Assembly: GCA_002269645.1 (NCBI GenBank)
Contig: NIVC01000462.1
Location: 77,468 to 141,467 of the forward strand
Direction: 5' to 3'
Origin: Macrostomum lignano
Taxonomy: Eukaryota
Length of the DNA stretch: 64,000 bases
Part shown: positions 13,370 through 23,200 of the stretch, in pieces
Position numbering within the stretch: position 1 is the stretch's first letter
Layout: each line of letters starts with the position of its first letter
Position numbers and translations under genes: made by a program
The notes under the pieces: generated by a model
The model's input: only the letters and a program-made list of their open reading frames with translations
Told to the model about the DNA's origin: nothing
Databases searched by the model: none

Positions 13370-14770
13370 TTTCTAAAATCTCATAGGGAAGATTTTGAGT
13401 CCTCGGTTTCTAAAATCTTATGGGTGTTATTCTTAGTCTATGATTTCTGTAAAATTTCATGGGTGAGATTCTGAGTCTACGATCTCTCTAATCTCATGGG
13501 TGAGATTCTGAGTCTACGATCTCTCTAACCTCATGGGTGAGATTCTGAGTCTACGATCTTTCAAATCTCATGGGTGTTATTCTTAGTCTATGATTTCTGT
13601 AAAATTTCATGGGTGAGATTCTGAGTCTACGATCTCTCTAATCTCATGGGTGAGATTCTGAGTGAGTCTACGGTTTCTAAAATCTCATAGGTGAGATTCT
13701 GAGTGAGTCTATGGTTTCTAAAATCTCATAGGTGAGATTCTGAGTGCGTCTACGGTTTCTAAAATCTCATAGGTGAGATTCTGAGTGAGTCTATGGTTTC
13801 TAAAATCTCAGGTGAGATTCTGAGTGCGTCTACGGTTTCTAAAATCTCATAGGGAAGATTTTGAGTCCTCGGTTTCTAAAATCTTATGGGTGTTATTCTT
13901 AGTCTATGATTTCTGTAAAATTTCATGGGTGAGATTCTGAGTCTACGATCTCTCTAATCTCATGGGTGAGATTCTGAGTCTACGATCTTTCAAATCTCAT
14001 AGGTGAGATTCTGAGTGAGTCTACGGTTTCTAAAATCTCATAGGTGAGATTCTGAGTGAGTCTATGGTTTCTAAAATCTCATAGGTGAGATTCTGAGTGC
14101 GTCTACGGTTTCTAAAATCTCATAGGGAAGATTTTGAGTCCTCGGTTTCTAAAATCTTATGGGTGTTATTCTTAGTCTATGATTTCTGTAAAATTTTATG
14201 GGTGAGATTCTGAGTCTACGATCTCTCTAATCTCATGGGTGAGATTCTGAGTCTACGATCTTTCAAATCTCATAGGTGAGATTCTGAGTGAGTCTACGGT
14301 TTCTAAAATCTCACGGGTGAGATTCTGAGTCTACGATCTTTCAAATCTCATAGGTGAGATTCTGAGTGAGTCTACGGTTTCTAAAATCTCACGGGTGAGA
14401 TTCTGAGTCTACGATCTTTCAAATCTCATAGGTGAGATTCTGAGTGAGTCTACGGTTTCTAAAATCTCATGGGTGAGATTCTGAGTGAGTCTATGGTTTC
14501 TAAAATCTCATGGGTGAGATTCTGAGTGAGTCTACGGTTTCTAAAATCTCATAGGTGAGATTCTGAGTGAGTCTACGGTTTCTAAAATCTCAAAGGTGAG
14601 ATTCTGAATGAGTCTACGGTTTCTAAAATCTCACGGGTGAGATTCTGAGTCTACGATCTTTCAAATCTCATAGGTGAGATTCTGAGTGAGTCTGCGGTTT
14701 CTAAAATCTCATGGGTGAGATTCTTGGTCTATGATTTCTGTAAAATTTTATGGGTGAGATTGTGAGCCCA
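13370..14770. repeat. Composite ~35-41-bp minisatellite downstream of the EFR3 stop
   Basis: Alternating units CTCATGGGTGAGATTCTGAGTCTACGATCTCTCTAA and CTCATAGGTGAGATTCTGAGTGAGTCTACGGTTTCTAAAAT, with repeated multi-unit blocks. Confidence 0.93.
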
Positions 14771-15544
14771 TATTGTTTTTAAGTCTGAGGCTTTGGGTGT
14801 GTATTAATTCAATAAGCAATAACTGTACCAACATGTCTGTCTGTGATGCTACTATGAATTTGTCTAAACTAACTGGTTTGTATTATTTTCTTCGAAATTC
14901 AAGTTTTTGTTTTTGTTTTTAATGCGCATTCGCGCAATATTCTACTTTTTTTTCTCTAAGCCATTGTTAGTAGGCAGTTTGGTATTATGTGTTTAGATAA
15001 ACAGAATTGTTAGTAAGCCTTACTATATATTCTTACTAATCTATATTATACTAGTATTAACAATCGGTTCTTTTATATAATTTCTAATCCGCATAATCTG
15101 CATAACGCCTATGCACTGAATGGTGAGCTTGTACTCCGATATATTTATTTATTTAAGCCTGATTTACTCTGTCTGTTTTTCTTGTGCGAATATTCTAGGT
15201 CTATATGCCTTCGCTTTGTGTATTTAAATATCATTGAATTGTGTTGTAAAACCAACAGTTTCTATCTTGCCATAGCATAGTGATTTTAGATGCACTATCT
15301 GTCTTAGTAAATCAATTAGGCTAATCTGTTTTTGTGTTCATTAAATATTGCTAATTCATTGTTTCGCTTGGCGCGGTTTCTTAGCATTGGAATAAAATAA
15401 TTCGCAATATTACTAACATTTTGGTTAATTAATAGTTACTTCATGTTAACTCAACCTGTTTTTTCTGCCCTTGTAATATACACTACCGTAGGTGTTCAGT
15501 GTACTCGTATTGGCTTTAACACCTACCCTCACCCCAATCCCAAA

Positions 15545-16615
15545 TTGTCGGAGTCCTTCCCCCACTGTACACTGGCTCTCAAGACCATCCGCACAAACCC
15601 CCACCCATTAAACTGGCGGAGCCCTTTCCCCACTGTACACTGGCTCTCCAGACCATCTGCCCAAACCCCCACCCATTAAACTGGCGGAGCCCTTTCCCCA
15701 CTGTACACTGGCTCTCCAGACCATCTGCCCAAACCCCCACCCATTAAACTGGCGGAGCCCTTTCCCCACTGTACACTGGCTCTCAAGACCATCCGCACAA
15801 ACCCCCACCCATTAAACTGGCGGAGCCCTTTCCCCACTGTACACTGGCTCTCCAGACCATCTGCCCAAACCCCCACCCATTAAACTGGCGGAGCCCTTTC
15901 CCCACTGTACACTGGCTCTCCAGACCATCTGCCCAAACCCCCACCCATTAAACTGGCGGAGCCCTTCCCCCACTGTACACTGGCTCTCCAGACCATCTGC
16001 CCAAACCCCCACCAATTAAACTGGCGGAGCCCTTCCCCCACTGTACACTGGCTCTCCAGACCATCCGCCCAAACCCCCACCCATTACACTGGCGGAGCCC
16101 TTTCCCCACTGTACACTGGCTCTCCAGACCATCTGCCCAAACCCCCACCCATTAAACTGGCGGAGCCCTTTCCCCACTGTACATTGGCTCTCCAGACCAT
16201 CTGCCCAAACCCCCACCCATTAAACTGGCGGAGCCCTTCCCCCACTGTACACAGGCTCTCCAGACCATCTGCCCAAACCCCCACCCATTAAACTGGCGGA
16301 GCCCTTCCCCCACTGTACACTGGCTCTCCAGACCATCTGCCCAAACCCCCACCCATTAAACTGGCGGAGCCCTTCCCCCACTGTACACTGGCTCTCCAGA
16401 CCATCCGCCCAAACCCCCACCAATTAAACTGGCGGAGCCCTTCCCCCCATTGTACACTGGCTCTCCAGACCATCTGCCCAAACCCCCACCCATTAAACTG
16501 GCGGAGCCCTTCCCCCACTGTACACTGGCTCTCCAGACCATCTGCCCAAACCCCCACCAATTAAACTGGCGGAACCCTTCCCCCCATTGTACACTGGCTC
16601 TCCAGACCATCTGAA
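15545..16615. repeat. 68-bp minisatellite between EFR3 and CSTF3
   Basis: A period of 68 is visible in the sequence and in the staggered minus-strand ORFs (15608, 15676, ...); ~16 copies. Confidence 0.97.
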
Positions 16616-17236
16616 CCCCCTGAAACGGGTGAACCCCACCGCCTATTTAATTTAAACAGACTCTGACTGAAGACCATTTGTATCGATAAATATTATATTT
16701 ATCTAACAGTTATCTCTAGTCTTGTGATTATATTTTATTTATTGCATTAATAATAAACTCGAAAAACAATCCATTTTTTAAACAAACTTAGTTTACAGCT
16801 TGCTCCGACTGCAATTACTAAAACGTTTTTGTTGTACTTTTCAGCTATGGAATTCGTTTCCCCTATTGTTTTATCGATGGCAAAGAACTGTTAAAGTTAA
16901 TTTTTATAAATATCCAGTGAGTAGCAAAGAATTTTCAATTATTTATTAATTATTTATTTGTGTTGTCCAGCTCTCCTCAAGTTAAACAGTGGTCAATAAA
17001 ATTAATTGTGTGCAATTTTGATTGTCGTCTCTTTCGCTTTTAATCTAGAGTTGTTGGTCTTAATCATTTTTAGTAAACTAAGTTTGTAAGTTAACTTTAA
17101 TTTAAGTTGATACAGAAATATTTCAACAAGGTTATTTTTCTCTATTGTTCATCGTTGAACATTCTTGTTTCAGCTGTTCCAACAAAATTCTCAATCAAAA
17201 GTTTTTTAAAGAAACTTCGCTGCTCTTGTGTTAACA

Positions 17237-20200
17237 ATGGACAGATCGGTAAGTGACTAGTTAATTCCTGTGTAAATCGTCCCTAATCGCATTCGTAATG
17301 GGCCCTTCAATCCCGTACAGAATTGCCCTTCAAACCCGTACAGAACCGCCCTTTAACCCCGTACAGAATCACCCTTCAAACCCGTACAGAATCACCCTTC
17401 AAACCCGTACAGAACCGCCCTTCAAACCCGTACAGAATCACCCTTCAATCCCGTACAGAACCGCCCTTCAATCCCGTACAGAATCACCCTTCAATCCCGT
17501 ACAGAACCGCCCTTCAATCCTGTACAGAATCACCCTTCAATCCCGTACAGAATCACTCTTCAATCCCATACAGAATCACCCTTCAATCCCGTACAAAATG
17601 GCTATTTAATCCCGTACAGAATCACTCTTCAATCCCGTACAGAACTGCTCTTCAATCCCGTACAGAATGGCCCTTCAATCCCGTACAGAACCGCTCTTCA
17701 ATCCCGTACAGAATCGCCCTTCAATCCCGTACAGAACCATTCTCAATCCCGTACAGAATGGCCCTTCAGTCCCGTACAGAACCGCTCTTCGATCCCGTAA
17801 AGAATCGCCCTTCAATCCCGTACAGAATCGCCCTTCAATCCCGTACAGAACCGCTCTTCAATCCCGTACAGAATCGCCCTTCAATCCCGTACAGAATCGC
17901 CCTTCAATCCCGTACAGAACCGTTCTCAATCCCGTACAGAATGGCCCTTCAGTCCCGTACAGAACCGCTCTTCGATCCCGTAAAGAATCGCCCTTCAAAC
18001 CCGTACAGAATCGCAACCGTTCTTCAATCCCGTACAGAATGGCCCTTCAGTCCCGTACAGAACCGCTCTTCGATCCCGTAAAGAATCGCCCTTCAAACCC
18101 GTACAGAATCGCAACCGTTCTTCAATCCCTTACAGAATGGCCCTTCAGTCCCGTACAGAATCGGCCTTCAATCCCGTACAGAACCGCTCTTCAATCCCGT
18201 ACAGAACCGCTCTTCAATCTCGTACAGAATCGCCATTATCACTAAGGCGGCATCTCACAGATCCCCCAAAATCCCCCATATGCAGATTTTCCAGCAGGAG
18301 AAGCTGTCCAAATCCCGTGAACGAATCGTGATTAACCAGTGGGACATCGAGGCCTGGTCTGTGCTCATCCGGGATGCTCAGGAGCGTAAGCTCGAAGATG
18401 GCGAGAAAATATTCGAAGAAGTTGTGGCCCAGTTTCCGTTGTCCGGTCACTATTGGAAACTCTACATCAACTATGAGGTTGTTAATTGTGCATTTAAGGG
18501 TAGATTGTGGGCAGACTTTGGGGTGGAGTGTGGGCAGGGAATTGGGGTGAGTGTGGGCAAACTTTGGGGTGGAGTGTGGGCAGGGAATTGGGGTGGAGTG
18601 TGGGCAGGGAATTGGGGTGAGTGTGGGCAAACTTTGGGGTGGAGTGTGGGCAGGGAATTGGGGTGAGTGTGGGCAGAAATTAGCGTAGTGTATGTTTGGC
18701 TAGAGATTAGGGTAGAGTGTGCATGGCTAGAGATTAGGGTAGAGTGTGCATGGCTAGAGATTAGGGTAGAGTGTGCATGGCTAGAGATTAGGGTAGAGTG
18801 TGCATGGCTAGAGATTAGGGTAGAGTGTGTATGGCTAGAGATTAGGGTAGAGTGTGCATGGCTAGAGATCAGGGTAGAGTGTGCATGGGTAGAGATTAAC
18901 GGTAGAGTGAGCATGGCTAGAGATTAGGGTAGAGTGTGCATGGCTAGAGATTAGGGTAGAGTGTGCATGGCTAGAGATTAGGGTAGAGTGTGCATGGGTA
19001 GAGATTAACGGTAGAGTGAGCATGGCTAGAGATTAGGGTAGAGTGTGCATGGCTAGAGATTAGGGTAGAGTGAGCATGGCTAGAGATTAGGGTAGAGTGT
19101 GCATGGCTAGAGATTAGGGTAGAGTGTGCATGGCTAGAGATCAGGGTAGAGTGTGCATGGGTAGAGATTAACGGTAGAGTGAGCATGGCTAGAGATCAGG
19201 GTAGAGTGTGCATGGGTAGAGATTAACGGTAGAGTGAGCATGGCTAGAGATTAGGGTAGAGTGTGCATGGCTAGAGATTAGGGTAGAGTGTGCATGGCTA
19301 GAGATTAGGGTAGAGTGTGCATGGGTAGAGATTAGGATAGAGTGTGCACGGGTAGAGATTAAGGCAGTGTCAGTACACGATGTTGATATAACCCAACACA
19401 CTTGCAGATCAAGCATCACAATTACGAGAAAGTCGAACAGGTGAGAGTTTCGATATAGCAATCACTTGTGTTCGAAAGCTTGTATCTCGCGTCTTTTACA
19501 TTATTTAACTTTTTACTCCCCGCCTTCAGCTGTTTCAGCGTTGCCTCACCAAAGTGCTGCACATCGAGCTGTGGAAGCTGTACCTGCAGTACATTCGCGA
19601 CACCAAATCCAAGCAGCCCGCGTTTAAAGAGAAAATGGGCAAAGCGTACGACTTTGCACTGGAGAAAATGGGCCTGGACTTCAGCTCCTATTCCATCTGG
19701 GTGGACTACATCCAGTTTTTGAAGAATGCGCCTGTTCAGGTCAGCATCGACTCAGATGTCTCCCCAAAGTCTCTTCAGAATCTCCTCAGAGTCTCGTCGG
19801 ATGAACCACCAGTTTCCTCTGTTGTCTCCCTAGAATCGCCTGGGATATCTCCCTAGAATCGCCTGAGATATCTCCCTAGAATCGCCTGAGATATCTCCCT
19901 AGAATCGCCTGAGATATCTCCCTAGAATCGCCTGGGATATCTCCCTAGAATCGCCTGAGATATCTCCCTAGAATCGCCTGAGATATCTCCCTAGAATCGC
20001 CTGGGATATCTCCCTAGAATCGCCTGAGATATCTCCCTAGAATCGCCTGAGATATCTCCCTAGAATCGCCTGAGATATCTCCCTAGAATCGCCTGGGATA
20101 TCTCCCTAGAATCGCCTGAGATATCTCCCTAGAATCGCCTGAGATATCTCCCTAGAATCGCCTGAGATATCTCTACAGAATCGCCTGAGATATCTCTACA

Positions 20201-23200
20201 GAATCGCCTGGGATATCTCCCTAGAATCACCTGAGATATCTCCCTAGAATCACCTGAGATATCTCCCTAGAATCACCTGAGATATCTCCCTAGAATCGCC
20301 TGAGATATCTCTACAGAATCGCCTGGGATATCTCCCTAGAATCACCTGAGATATCTCCCTAGAATCGCCTGAGATATCTCCCTAGAATCGCCTGAGATAT
20401 CTCCCTAGAATCGCCTGAGATATCTCTACAGAATCGCCTGAGATATCTCTACAGAATCGCCTGGGATATCTCCCTAGAATCACCTGAGATATCTCCCTAG
20501 AATCACCTGAGATATCTCCCTAGAATCACCTGAGATATCTCCCTAGAATCACCTGAGATATCTCCCTAGAATCGCCTGAGATATCTCTACAGAATCGCCT
20601 GAGATATCTCTACAGAATCGCCTGGGATATCTCCCTAGAATCACCTGAGATATCTCCCTAGAATCGCCTGAGATATCTCCCTAGAACCGCCTGGGATATC
20701 TCCCTAGAATCGCCTGAGATATCTCCTTAGAATCGCCTGAGATATCTCCCCAGAATCGCCTGAGATATCTCCCTAGAATCGCCTGAGATATCTCCCCAGA
20801 ATTCTTCCCCCTCTCATCCAACCCCAGGGCTCCTACGCGGAGAGCCAGAAAATCACCGCGGTCCGCAAGATCTACCAGAAGGCCATCGTCACTCCGATGG
20901 TGAACATCGACCAGGTGTGGCGCGACTACAGCAGCTTCGAGACCGGCCTGAACGCCGCTCTGGCCAAGAAGTTCATCGAGGACCGTCAGCGGGACTACAT
21001 GAACGCTAAGCGAGTCGCTAAGGAGCTCGAGATTGTTACCAAGGGCATCAACCGGAACTGGCCTTCGACTCCGCCTACGAATAATCCTGACGAGGCCAGA
21101 CAGGTGGAGCTGTGGAAAAAGTACATCGCCTGGGAGAAGGACAACCCGCTGCGCACTGACGACTTGTCGCTGATCTCCAAGAGAGGTACACAGCATTTGA
21201 AATATCCCTCAATCCTGATCCCAAATATCCCTCAATCCTGATCCCAAATATCCCTCAATCCTGATCCCAAATATCCCTCAATCCTGATCACAAATGTCTC
21301 CCATCTCTGATCCCAAATATCCCTCAATCCAGATCCCAAATATCCCTCAATCCAGATCCCAAATATCCCTCAATCAAGATCCCAACTATCCCTCAATTCA
21401 GATCCTAAATATCCCCCAATTCAGATCCCAAATATTCCTCAATCCAGATCCTAAATATCCCTCAATTCAGATCCCAAATATCCCTCAATCTAGATCCCAA
21501 ATATCCCTCAATTCAGATCCTAAATATCCCTCAATTCAGATCCCAAATATCCCTCAATTTAGATCCCAAATATCCCTCAATTCAGATCCCAAATATTCCT
21601 CAATCCAGATCCTAAATATCCCTCAATTCAGATCCCAAATATCCCTCAATCCAGATCCCAAATATCCCTCAATTTAGATCCCAAATATCCCTCAATTCAG
21701 ATCCTAAATATCCCTCAATTTAGATCCCAAATATCCCTCAATTCAGATCCCAAATATCCCTCAACTCAGATCCCAAATATCCCTCAATTCAGATCCTAAA
21801 TATCCCTCAATTTAGATCCCAAATATCCCTCAATTCAGATCCCAAATATCCCTCAACTCAGATCCCAAATATCCCTCAATTCAGATCCCAAATATCCTTC
21901 AATCCAGATCCCAAAAACTTCTCATCTCAGATCCGGAAGAATCCCATTTTTCCCCTTCCCAGTAATGTTCGCGTACGAGCAGTGCCTGCTGTGCCTGGGC
22001 CACCACCCGGACATCTGGTACGAAGCCGCCTCGTTCTTGGAGCAGGCCAGTCGCACTCTGATAGAGAAAGGGGTAAGAGAGTTTGTTCAGTGGTTTTCGT
22101 GAGTCACTTTTAGTGCTCATGTCTCATATTTAAAGTTTCTTATTGACACTGCCCTGTCCCACCCACCAGGAACCGATGGCTGCTAAGCAGTTCGCTGATG
22201 AGGCGGCCTCGATGTACGACAGAGCCACTCAGGTGCTCAAGGAGAACACCTTGCTGTACTTTGCCTATGCGGACTATGAGGAGGTAAACTTTTCTGGCTA
22301 AGGGTTACTGAGATTCCATTAGGTATGAATAAAGTGAATGAGATTAACCCAGAACTCAGTGAGATTAACGGAGAATCTGGTGAGATTATCTGCGAATTAG
22401 GTGAGATTATATGAGAGTTGTGTAGGATTATCTGAGAATTGGTTAAGGTTATCTAGGAATCGGGTGAGTTTATCTTAGAATTGGTACGAGGTGAACTGGG
22501 AATCACCTCGTTCTGATTATCTTAGAACTGGGAAAGATTATCTGAGAATTGGGTAAGGTTATCTGAGAATTGTGTGAGATTATCTTAGAACTGGGAAAGA
22601 TTATCTGAGAATTGGGTAAGGTTATCTGAGAATTGTGTGAGATTATCTGAGAATTGTGTGAGATTATCTGAGAATTGTGTGAGATTATCTGAGAATTGTG
22701 TGAGATTATCTGAGAATTGTGTGAGATTATCTTAGAATTAGGAAAGATTATCTTAGAATTGTGTGATATTATCTGAGAATTGTGTGAGATTATCTTAGAA
22801 TTAGGAAAGATTATCTTAGAATTGGGAAATATTATCTGAGAATTGGGTGGGATTATTTGAGAGTTGGGTGCCATTATCTGAGAATTGTGTGAGATTATCT
22901 GAGAATTGAATGATATTATCTGAGAATTGTGTGAGATTATCTGAGAATTGAATGATATTATCTGAGAATTAGTGGAGATTAGCTGATGATTGAATGATTG
23001 AATGAGATTATCTTAGAATCTGGGTGAGACTGACAGAACTATAGGCAATACTGTTTGAGAACTCGGTGAGATGAAACCTCATCCACCCTCGCCGTCGCCA
23101 GGGCCGCGGCAACTTCGAGAAGGTGCACTCGATCTACCGCAAGCTGGTGAACGTAGACAGCATCGACCCGACGCTGCCGTACATTCAGTACATGAAGTTC

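Noticed and set aside
18690-19360. Interstitial telomere
   Set aside because: TTAGGG occurs at most once per 27-bp unit, not as a (TTAGGG)n tract. It is kept only as a motif observation.
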